Positions 41,509-49,841 of a stretch of DNA of 64,000 nucleotides are shown piece after piece. How positions within the stretch are numbered: the stretch's first letter is position 1; every line of letters starts with the position of its first letter. Below the pieces are notes generated by a model. That model was not told where the DNA came from and searched no databases. It saw nothing but the letters and a program-made list of their open reading frames with translations. The DNA comes from Bacillota bacterium (GTDB lineage Bacteria > Bacillota > Clostridia > Oscillospirales > Ruminococcaceae), in contig JAEWZG010000061.1 in assembly GCA_023395435.1 (NCBI GenBank), positions 14,296-78,295 on the forward strand, given 5' to 3'. Position numbers and translations under genes: made by a program.

Positions 41509-42954
41509 TTATTGTCCGCAACAGCCACCCATTGTTTGTACTGTTTTTGAACTTTCATCTTTTATTTTAACCACATCAGCTTTGCTTAAATAATCCACAA
41601 CAGTAATTTTGCTTCTTATCATTCCCATCCAACAGCTATATGGAATAGTTCCAGTCTTAGAAGGTGTGAACTCTATTACATTATCTCCTTCTTCAAGGTC
41701 TTTTGTAATATTATACTCAGGAATAATAATTGAATTGTTACAGCCATTGATTGTCCCATCTTCCGCTTTTATTGTCCATTTTACTGGTATCCCTGATTGA
41801 ACAGTAATTGGCTCATATTCTCCGCTTTTAAGTGTTGTGGTAACTGTCTGAACACCATCAGCTCCAATAGAAGCTGTATTATTACTGCTTGATTTATTAA
41901 AATCACCAATCATTGATGGAAATGAAAGTCCTGAAACACTAATACCATTTTGGAACATGAATATACCAAGTATGATTACTAATACAGAACTCACCTGCAT
42001 CATTTTGCTTGTAAACTTTTTACTTAAAAATGAGCTCAGAGTGCCAATTCCAAACATTAGTGGTACAGTCCCTAAGCTAAACAATAACATAGATAGTGCA
42101 CCTTTTAGCGGACTTCCAGAAGAAAGTGCATATAACTGCATGGCTTGCAACGGACCACATGGCATAAGTCCATTTAAAAGTCCGACATAAAGAGGGCTTT
42201 TGCTATTTTTGCTTTTTTCTTCATTAATTTTTTTATATAATATCTTTGGCATTCTTATATTAAACTTTCGGAGCCAAGGAAAGAAATTTAGCATATTAAG
42301 TCCCATTATAACCATAAATATACCAGCAATTATTGCTACAATGCCTCTTGCAGTACCTGAAAAGCTAACCACTGAACCAATACCACCAACGATACCACCG
42401 ACGACCGTATAAGAAATAACCCTTCCTAAGTTATATAGGATACTTGGTCTTAAATTTGCTAGCTTACTCTTACTTTGAATACACTGCTTTGAGACACATT
42501 GAGATAAATTGATTCCCCCGCACATTGCAACACAATGTATTGAAGTGAGCAGTCCAATTAAAAATAGCATGCTATATCCTACACCTTGTTTCGCCTTTGG
42601 AAAGTTGTTGAAAATATTGAAGACACCAAAGAGTTTGCCTATCATAAATACAGCAAGAACAATAACTCCAATTCCTAATATCTGTTTTATGTCAGTTTTT
42701 TTACCGATAACTGGATTTTTTGCGTTTGAAACAGTTTTTTTGATTTTATAATCTAAGTCTACAATGATTTTTTCTATTGTTTCCAAATGAATTATATCTG
42801 CATCAAAAGTAACTTTGGCTACTGAGCTTGAGTAGCTTACCTTAGCACTAACAATTCCTGATGTTTTTTTAAGTATATTTTCTATTCTGTTTTCACAGTT
42901 TGTACAGGTCATTCCGTCAATAAAGATTGTTTTTGTAATAATATTTTGTGACAT
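41509..42954 (-). CDS. Fusion: HMA domain, TauE/SafE-like polytopic membrane domain, C-terminal cupredoxin-like domain
   Basis: N-terminal GMTCTNC. About 8 TM helices with paired Cys (HCVAMCGG, LMPCGPLQ). C-terminal beta domain (IPVKWTI..INGCNN..IPYSCWMGM). Ends GGCCGQ. Confidence 0.65.
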   Translation of the reverse strand: MSQNIITKTIFIDGMTCTNCENRIENILKKTSGIVSAKVSYSSSVAKVTFDADIIHLETIEKIIVDLDYKIKKTVSNAKNPVIGKKTDIKQILGIGVIVLAVFMIGKLFGVFNIFNNFPKAKQGVGYSMLFLIGLLTSIHCVAMCGGINLSQCVSKQCIQSKSKLANLRPSILYNLGRVISYTVVGGIVGGIGSVVSFSGTARGIVAIIAGIFMVIMGLNMLNFFPWLRKFNIRMPKILYKKINEEKSKNSKSPLYVGLLNGLMPCGPLQAMQLYALSSGSPLKGALSMLLFSLGTVPLMFGIGTLSSFLSKKFTSKMMQVSSVLVIILGIFMFQNGISVSGLSFPSMIGDFNKSSSNNTASIGADGVQTVTTTLKSGEYEPITVQSGIPVKWTIKAEDGTINGCNNSIIIPEYNITKDLEEGDNVIEFTPSKTGTIPYSCWMGMIRSKITVVDYLSKADVVKIKDESSKTVQTMGGCCGQ

Positions 42955-42995
42955 GAAATCCCTCCTCAATAAATGCTACAATTAACAGAGTTATA

Positions 42996-43529
42996 TTAAC
43001 TCTTCCAATTCTCGAAAACAAACCTTGCCTCTGTTAGATAATCTTTAGATATAGTTATATTTGTTGTATCCACGGTTTTTACATCATCAGTGATTGGAAC
43101 TGGATTACAACCTCCCTTAGTAACCTGAACATCACTCATACCAAACTGGTTACCACAGTTTTGGCAGACAAGAACATCGCGCTTCTGCACATAGTAGCCT
43201 TTACCAGAAGCATAACATACCTGACAGGTATTAAATGCTGTTCGGATGCTGCCGTCCGGTGCCTTAACAGCCATAACCTCCATGTTCGTACCATCAATAG
43301 CTATTGGATAAAATGTAGCCTTATCAGATACTTCACTAATTGGTATTAGAAAATCTCCATTTTCGGACAGTGTAACATTTATCTTTTGGTCAATTTTTTT
43401 GTCTGACGGCTGTTTTGTAAGTAATAAAGCTGTGATGATTATTGCAATAAATGCTGGTATAATAATCATCAGAATTTTTAGCTTATTGGATTTCTGTTTC
43501 ACATTTTTTAAATTTTTAGTATTACTCAT
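42996..43529 (-). CDS. DUF2318-like membrane-anchored Cys4 metal-binding protein
   Basis: N-terminal TM helix. CQVC..GKGYY...LVCQNCGNQF...GGCNPVP. Confidence 0.6.
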   Translation of the reverse strand: MSNTKNLKNVKQKSNKLKILMIIIPAFIAIIITALLLTKQPSDKKIDQKINVTLSENGDFLIPISEVSDKATFYPIAIDGTNMEVMAVKAPDGSIRTAFNTCQVCYASGKGYYVQKRDVLVCQNCGNQFGMSDVQVTKGGCNPVPITDDVKTVDTTNITISKDYLTEARFVFENWKS

Positions 43530-43601
43530 TATAAATTCTTCCTCTCAAATCAAGTTAATGTAAGGTTTGTTACTTACTAATATGAGTATAAAGAAAGATT
43601 T

Positions 43602-43618
43602 TGTAGAAATTATGTAGA
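43602..43618 (-). promoter_or_regulatory. Candidate response-regulator box: direct repeat TGTAGA-N5-TGTAGA over the -35 region
   Basis: Repeats have 11-bp periodicity and lie 11 nt upstream of a TATACT -10 (43590-43585, - strand), ahead of the 42996-43529 operon. Confidence 0.45.
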
Positions 43619-43788
43619 TAAGAATTTTTTATGATTAAAAACAACGAATGCCATGTATTTACATTCAGGAATGAACACATGGCATTTCATTAATATTTAA
43701 GCCTTCCTTTTGCACGATTGGTATTGAGATCATTGCATTTAACGAGTTCAAAGCATATTATTCTTTTTACTAATTGATATTACATTAC

Positions 43789-44457
43789 TTATTTTAAATC
43801 GAAAGGCTTTAGTAATTTATCAAGTTGTACAGTTTTACCTGCATCATTTTTCATTTCCACCTTGGCAAAAACCCAACCTTTGACTTTTGCAGGGTCTACA
43901 CCAGCATCAATGAACATTTGTGGGTTAAGAACAAACACTATGTCCTTATCATTTTTGCTCATATCCTTTGCCCATTCAAATTTATTGCCATCCCCTAAAT
44001 CCACACCATAGTGATCAAGCTTTTCATGATAGCCAATTATATCACGTTTTTGTTTTACAATTTCCTCATATGATGCGATAGCTGTCTTTTTAGCATTATC
44101 TGAAAAAACTTTGTCGCCTAAATCTTGTCCTACCATGATCTTATCATCAACCATAATACCAGCAGGCAGCTTAGAAGCATCTAGTCCTGCATCAAGAAAG
44201 GGTTTCGCATCAGTTTCAATCATAACGTCGTGTGGCGACGATGTTTTAAAATTATTACTCCATATAAATCTTGCAGAGCCGTCTGGTGCATTCAGCGACC
44301 AGCCACCATACATTTCGTCTGATTCAATGTCACTTGCTTTTATAACAGCATCAAATGATGTTATTGAAACTTTGCCAACTACATCAGTGCAGGTACAAGC
44401 CGTAAAAGTAATAATTGCCGCGATAGGCACAATAATTGACATAATTTTCTTATTCAT
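43789..44457 (-). CDS. Lipoprotein of unknown function, co-transcribed with copA
   Basis: Signal peptide plus lipobox ITFTAC. Internal duplication of the F(L/I)DAG(L/V)D motif. ATG 44457 after GGAGGA. Confidence 0.6.
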   Translation of the reverse strand: MNKKIMSIIVPIAAIITFTACTCTDVVGKVSITSFDAVIKASDIESDEMYGGWSLNAPDGSARFIWSNNFKTSSPHDVMIETDAKPFLDAGLDASKLPAGIMVDDKIMVGQDLGDKVFSDNAKKTAIASYEEIVKQKRDIIGYHEKLDHYGVDLGDGNKFEWAKDMSKNDKDIVFVLNPQMFIDAGVDPAKVKGWVFAKVEMKNDAGKTVQLDKLLKPFDLK

Positions 44458-44479
44458 TTTATTTTCCTCCACTTAATAA

Positions 44480-46945
44480 CTAACGATATGGCTTAAAGGC
44501 TTTTAGCCTCAAAGCATTTGCCAGCACGGATACAGATGATAATGACATAGCCGCTGCAGCAAAAATAGGATTTAATATTGGACCACCAAATACAAATAAT
44601 ATGCCTGCTGCAATTGGAATACCCAATACATTATATCCAAATGCCCAAAATAAGTTTTCCTTAATATTGCTAATAGTACTTTTACTTAATTGAATAGCAG
44701 TTGGGACGTCTATTAAATCACTGCGAATTAAAACAATATCGGCCGATTCCATTGCAATATCCGTACCAGAACCAATTGCTATTCCGACATCTGATTGCGC
44801 AAGAGCTGGTGCATCATTAATTCCATCACCAACCATTGATACTATCCTTCCCATCTCCTGAAGCTTTTTGACTTCATTTGCCTTATCGTTAGGAAGTACT
44901 TCTGCCAAAACTCTGTCAATCCCAACTTGTTTTGCAATAGCTTCAGCTGTTTTTTTATTATCACCAGTAATCATTGCAACCTCAATGCCCATTTCATGGA
45001 GCTTTTTAATTGCTTTTGCACTACTATCTTTTACTACATCGGCTACAGCAATAATTCCTGCGAATTTTTCATTTATAGCGACATACATAGGCGTTTTGCC
45101 CTCATTTGCTAGTTTATCTGAAATAGCTTGAAAATCACCAATAAAAATCCCTTGCTCTATCATTAGCTTTTGGTTACCTAACAATACATTTTCATTGTTA
45201 ATCTGCACCTTGATACCATATCCAGGGATTGCATTGAATGCTTGAGCTGAAAGTATTTCAAGCTGTTCTTTTTCTGCACCTCTTACAATAGCTTCACCCA
45301 ATGGGTGTTCAGAACCTTTTTCTGCACTCGCGGCAATTTGCAGGAGTTTATCACGCGTTATTTCAGAAGCAGTAATAATATCCGTAACCTCTGGTTTTCC
45401 CTCTGTAATTGTTCCGGTTTTATCAAAAACAATAGTATTAATTTTATGAGCAGTTTCCAGTGACTCCCCGCCCTTTATTAATACACCATTTTCCGCACCT
45501 TTTCCTGTGCCCACCATTATAGCAGTCGGTGTTGCTAGTCCCAATGCACATGGACAAGCAATTACAAGCACTGCTATAAAAATGGAAATTGAAAATGCCA
45601 AGCTTTGTCCGCTGATTAACCAAGCAGCTGCTGCTAAAACTGCAATACCAAACACAATCGGTACGAAATATCCTGACACAATATCAGCCATTTGTGCAAT
45701 AGGTGCTTTAGAGCCCTGAGCATCTTCAACAAGCTTGATAATTTGTGCTAAAGCTGTATCCGAACCAACTTTAGTGGCACGAAAATTAATAGAACCATTG
45801 CCATTTATACTTGCTGCGTATATATGATCTCCAGATTTTTTTTCTATAGGCATGCTCTCGCCTGTCAACATTGATTCATCTATCGAAGTATATCCCTCAA
45901 CGACTTCACCATCTACGGGTATTTTTTCACCCGGTTTTACTATTATAATATCACCAACTTCTACTTCATCCACTGGAACAACAGTTTCTTTTCCGTCTTG
46001 AATTACAAGCGCGGTCTTTGGAGCAAGTCCCATTAGCTTTTTTATTGCTTCTGAAGTTTTACCTTTTGATACAGCTTCTAAAGATTTGCCCAATAGTATT
46101 AGCGTGATAATTACGCCAGCAGTCTCAAAATACAAATGATCTACAGCTTTAAAATTTCCTAAATAAATTTGAACAGTTGAGATTACACTATATATTACAG
46201 CAGCTGTTGTACCCATTGCTATAAGTGAATCCATGTTTGGTGACCTTTGCCAGATTGCCTTAAAGCCTACCCTATAGAACCTGTTTCCTGCAATTAGTAT
46301 TGGAATTACCAACGCAATTTGAACCAACGCATATGTTAATGGATACTGCATAGGTTTTAAAAACGCCGGGATTGGAAAATGTAACCACCAAATCATTGAA
46401 CCCATTGCAAGATATAATAGAGGGATTCCAAAGATAGCAGATACAGCAAGCTTTCTCCAAAGGGTACGAATTTCCTTTTCTTTTCTTAGTTTATCCTGAT
46501 CAATTGAATTGGCGCTTGAACTTTCTAAAGGATTATAACCAGCATTTTTAATGACTGCTTTTATTTGTGAAATACGCACAACTGATGGGTCATATTTGAT
46601 TGTTGCCTTTTCAGTTGCAAAATTAACGGAACTTGAAAGCACACCGTTCAATTTACCCGTGACTTTTTCAATTCTTTGTGAGCAAGCCGCACAGGTCATC
46701 CCGCTGATTGGAATTGTTACTTCTTTTTCAACTGTTTCTGATATTGAATGATAGCCTGCTTTTTCAATTGCTTCCTGAATTTGTTCTTTCGATACCGTAT
46801 TATCATCAAATGTAATAGTCAATTTTTCTGTAGCAAAATTCACATTTGATTGTATCACACCTGTGAGCTTTGCTGTAACTTTTTCTATTCTTGCGGCACA
46901 GGCAGAACAAGTCATGCCAATGATTTTCATACTAAGTTGTTGCAT
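44480..46945 (-). CDS. copA: Copper-translocating P1B-type ATPase
   Basis: 821 aa. Two HMA domains (GMTCSACA, GMTCAACS), CPC in TM6, DKTGT, GDGINDAP. Confidence 0.95.
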   Translation of the reverse strand: MQQLSMKIIGMTCSACAARIEKVTAKLTGVIQSNVNFATEKLTITFDDNTVSKEQIQEAIEKAGYHSISETVEKEVTIPISGMTCAACSQRIEKVTGKLNGVLSSSVNFATEKATIKYDPSVVRISQIKAVIKNAGYNPLESSSANSIDQDKLRKEKEIRTLWRKLAVSAIFGIPLLYLAMGSMIWWLHFPIPAFLKPMQYPLTYALVQIALVIPILIAGNRFYRVGFKAIWQRSPNMDSLIAMGTTAAVIYSVISTVQIYLGNFKAVDHLYFETAGVIITLILLGKSLEAVSKGKTSEAIKKLMGLAPKTALVIQDGKETVVPVDEVEVGDIIIVKPGEKIPVDGEVVEGYTSIDESMLTGESMPIEKKSGDHIYAASINGNGSINFRATKVGSDTALAQIIKLVEDAQGSKAPIAQMADIVSGYFVPIVFGIAVLAAAAWLISGQSLAFSISIFIAVLVIACPCALGLATPTAIMVGTGKGAENGVLIKGGESLETAHKINTIVFDKTGTITEGKPEVTDIITASEITRDKLLQIAASAEKGSEHPLGEAIVRGAEKEQLEILSAQAFNAIPGYGIKVQINNENVLLGNQKLMIEQGIFIGDFQAISDKLANEGKTPMYVAINEKFAGIIAVADVVKDSSAKAIKKLHEMGIEVAMITGDNKKTAEAIAKQVGIDRVLAEVLPNDKANEVKKLQEMGRIVSMVGDGINDAPALAQSDVGIAIGSGTDIAMESADIVLIRSDLIDVPTAIQLSKSTISNIKENLFWAFGYNVLGIPIAAGILFVFGGPILNPIFAAAAMSLSSVSVLANALRLKAFKPYR

Positions 46946-47050
46946 TTAATTCCTCCTATATAACAAACTTGTAAATTTATATATACCTTTGTACGGTATG
47001 CAAATAATTTCATGAGTTGAATTATTTGCTGTTATATTATCATTATGATA

Positions 47051-47067
47051 TGTAGATTTTATGTAAA
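47051..47067 (-). promoter_or_regulatory. Candidate response-regulator box TGTAGA-N5-TGTAAA upstream of copA
   Basis: Same hexamer, spacing and orientation as 43602-43618. GATAAT or TAATAT -10 candidates lie 9-11 nt downstream on the - strand. Confidence 0.4.
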
Positions 47068-47325
47068 TTTCAAAATATTTCTCAATAATGTTTTGTCAAA
47101 CATGAATAGTTTGAATAGCTATGGTGAGATAAGAGACAAGTTTAAAGCTTCAGACTATGAAACTCAGAATATTTCTGTATATATTTACCTGTTGATTTAT
47201 GTTATACAGCATCATTATTAAGACAAAAGATTATTTCACTAACTTCTGTATGCTTTGATAATTAATTAGTTGACGTTAAAACAGAACAGCAATTATTATA
47301 GCATATTACAACATTGTTAGATATT

Positions 47326-47459
47326 TATACTCATCAAGATAATGATAATTTAAAAATGACTGCTCAAAAATTTGATACTTATTTAATAGGAAAAATACAA
47401 GGGACTTAAAATCCCTCAATAGCAATATTGTACCGGTTCAAGTCCGGTCAGCGGCACCA
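47326..47459 (+). repeat. att-like repeat B: 72-nt island arm plus 62-nt copy of the tRNA-Leu 3' part
   Basis: 47398-47459 matches tRNA-Leu 38498-38559 from the anticodon stem to CCA, with differences confined to the variable arm. 47326-47397 matches 51067-51138. Confidence 0.85.
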
Positions 47460-47617
47460 AAAATAACCTCAGCTTTATACAAGTTGAGGTTATTTTTTTG
47501 TGTCCTAAAAATCTATAAATAAAGGGTTTGCAACATTTCTAACAAAGGCAGTATAATCCTGTTTTAGGGCATTTTCTGAAGCAATAAAGAACAAAATTGT
47601 GGTATGTTACTAAAATC

Positions 47618-47647
47618 ACCCCACCCTAGCCAAAACTTGGGTGGGGT
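47618..47647. terminator. Terminator hairpin downstream of the toxin/immunity operon
   Basis: ACCCCACCC-12 nt-GGGTGGGGT, a 9-bp GC-rich stem. T-run on the - strand reading. Confidence 0.7.
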
Positions 47648-47693
47648 TGATTATCTCTTATTTTATAAGCATTTGATATCAACATCAAAACTT

Positions 47694-48224
47694 CTATTTT
47701 TTCTCACTTGTTACTTGACTTGAATCAGTAAAAGAACTATCACCAATTATATCTGTAAGTGGTTCATAATAAAATATTTCATAATTTAATTCTTCTGAGC
47801 AGGCATTAACTATCTCTAGTGATTTTTTAGGATTTTTATAAACCCATTGAGCAGTTAATGGGTTATCACTGTCAATTCCATACTTTTTCTTAAAAATAGG
47901 TTGTAGCTTTTGTATTTCTTCTTTATAGGTATTATATTTATCGTTACTTTCATCAAAAAATATGCTATTGAATCTATTGACTACAGATTCTGTTTTATCA
48001 GTAACAACAATACCCCTTTTTTCTATTTCGTCTAACTCATCATACCCATACTCATTATGTGAAATAAATCCGTATCTCAGCAGATAAACCTTATAGGAAA
48101 AAGAACTAATCCCATCTTTATATATATCAGGCTTTTTAATATTTTTACTTCTTATATATAAAACACCAACAATAATAATAACAATTGCTAAAATTATTAT
48201 TATGTATTTGACTATTTTTCGCAT
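47694..48224 (-). CDS. Membrane-anchored candidate immunity protein
   Basis: 176 aa. MRK plus one TM helix then a soluble domain. Starts 5 nt after the toxin stop, with RBS AAGGGGA. Confidence 0.5.
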   Translation of the reverse strand: MRKIVKYIIIILAIVIIIVGVLYIRSKNIKKPDIYKDGISSFSYKVYLLRYGFISHNEYGYDELDEIEKRGIVVTDKTESVVNRFNSIFFDESNDKYNTYKEEIQKLQPIFKKKYGIDSDNPLTAQWVYKNPKKSLEIVNACSEELNYEIFYYEPLTDIIGDSSFTDSSQVTSEKK

Positions 48225-48228
48225 TAGA

Positions 48229-49824
48229 TCAATCCCCTTCTACTAATATTCCATCCGGATTATCAGCTTGAATCTTATGAAGAATATTATATATTTTAAT
48301 ATCTCCTTTAAAAACGTCTTCCAACAAAATTTTGTTATATTTCTCACCATACTTAATATTTATTTTATCAATACGTTTTTCGGTATCTAATCCAGGTTGA
48401 ACAGATAAAAAGGGCTTAAATCCTTCTGAATATTCTGCCCTAATGCCATACATTTCAAGCTCTTCATATACAGTTGACCATTTACCCAAATCAATAATTG
48501 TTTTTGCATTTTTTATGTCTTCTCTATATTTTTTTTTAGATTGATGTATATCTCCAATAGCAACAATTACATCCCCTACAAATGGTACTGCTCCAGCTAT
48601 ACTTTTTGCGCCAGCTTTTGAAGTGTGTATTGATAATTGTTTTTCAATTTTTTTCTGAACTTGTTTTTCAATTGCTTCTCTTAATTTATCATATCCTTCA
48701 GTTGCCAGAAATCCCTCTGCTGTTTGCTTAGGAGAAAGTGAAAAAGAATCACCATAATATAAAGCAAATTCTTTTTCCGTCTGATCATTGCGATCATAAT
48801 CAAACCCTTTATTTTCAACTTGAAGAACTTTAGAAATTACTATTTGCTCATTATCAAAATAATATTCTCTTGTTATATCAGAGTACCCCATATTTTCAAG
48901 GCATTTATAATCACCATATTGTAAAATTACGTCACCATTTTGTTGAGTCCCAGAAAAAAAACCAATTTGGTCTTTAAAGGGTGATTTCACTTCAGTAATT
49001 TTACTTAATGCTTTTGTTAAGCTATTTCTTTGCATTGCTAATTTATAAGAATTTAAAGATTCATTATTATCATCGTCTATTCCATGTATTTTAAAAGCTA
49101 AAGCTTCACAGTATTTTTGATACTGGAGAATACTTAACATATCAGAAAAATTACTGAGCTTTCCAGTATCCAATTTCCAAATAGAATGTGCTGGCTTAAT
49201 TTCACGAACTCTAACTGGGGATACGCCCTTTCCCGCTTCAGTTATTATACCGAACTTATTATCTTCATAGCTTTTCTTATCATAAAATTCAGATAAAAAT
49301 TCCGAAACATCACCATCTTCTAATGAAAGAAATATCATTGCCAATATCATATTATCTTCATCTGTTATTTCTTCAGCATTTCTATTTAAAATTACCTTCC
49401 ATTTTTCGTCTGTGCTATAAAACTCTAATATAGTTAGAAACTCCTCAGCAGATGGTTTAATAAAGTTTTGAAAACTATTCTTTTCAAATGTACAACGTAG
49501 ATCGCAAACTCCATTTAGCACCTTTGTTTCCATATTTAAAATTTCAAGTTTTAATTTTAATTCTGATAACCTTCGACTTGTTGTTCTTTCTGCTTCTTCA
49601 CAATCTGCAAAAACTTTGTTTATACATTTCTTTGACATTTCCAATGATTCATTAAATTTGTTATAAAACTTATTAATATAACAGTAAAAATCAACGTCAC
49701 TGTATGATGAGTTCAACTGATTTAGTTTTTCTTTCAGTATATACATTTCTTCAAGACTTAAATCAATATTTTTAAGTAAGGATAGCTTTTTTACGAAGTC
49801 ATAATTACGGATAGTTGTTCCCAT
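48229..49824 (-). CDS. Candidate polymorphic toxin (helical N-region, PT-TG-like motif, unique 105-aa C-terminal domain)
   Basis: 531 aa from ATG 49824 (RBS GAGGAAG). IAGAVPFVGDVIVAIGDI at 48547-48603 resembles the pre-toxin motif in the Rhs orphan at 57661-57795. Confidence 0.5.
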   Translation of the reverse strand: MGTTIRNYDFVKKLSLLKNIDLSLEEMYILKEKLNQLNSSYSDVDFYCYINKFYNKFNESLEMSKKCINKVFADCEEAERTTSRRLSELKLKLEILNMETKVLNGVCDLRCTFEKNSFQNFIKPSAEEFLTILEFYSTDEKWKVILNRNAEEITDEDNMILAMIFLSLEDGDVSEFLSEFYDKKSYEDNKFGIITEAGKGVSPVRVREIKPAHSIWKLDTGKLSNFSDMLSILQYQKYCEALAFKIHGIDDDNNESLNSYKLAMQRNSLTKALSKITEVKSPFKDQIGFFSGTQQNGDVILQYGDYKCLENMGYSDITREYYFDNEQIVISKVLQVENKGFDYDRNDQTEKEFALYYGDSFSLSPKQTAEGFLATEGYDKLREAIEKQVQKKIEKQLSIHTSKAGAKSIAGAVPFVGDVIVAIGDIHQSKKKYREDIKNAKTIIDLGKWSTVYEELEMYGIRAEYSEGFKPFLSVQPGLDTEKRIDKINIKYGEKYNKILLEDVFKGDIKIYNILHKIQADNPDGILVEGD

Positions 49825-49841
49825 ATTATTCTTCCTCTTCT

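Larger units (their letters stand above)
38560..47459. mobile_element. Putative integrase-less genomic island 1 (copper homeostasis) in tRNA-Leu
   Basis: Bounded by the intact tRNA-Leu and a 62-nt direct copy of its 3' part at 47398-47459. No recombinase ORF seen. Confidence 0.55.

Noticed and set aside
47356-47409. A conserved 17-codon mini-ORF (M(T/A)A(Q/N)KFDTYLIGKIQGT*) running from the island arm into the tRNA-derived segment. It is also present at 51097-51150.
   Set aside because: It has no RBS, and its stop codon is the tRNA anticodon-loop sequence. Conservation is equally explained by the att-arm DNA itself, so I do not call it a gene.
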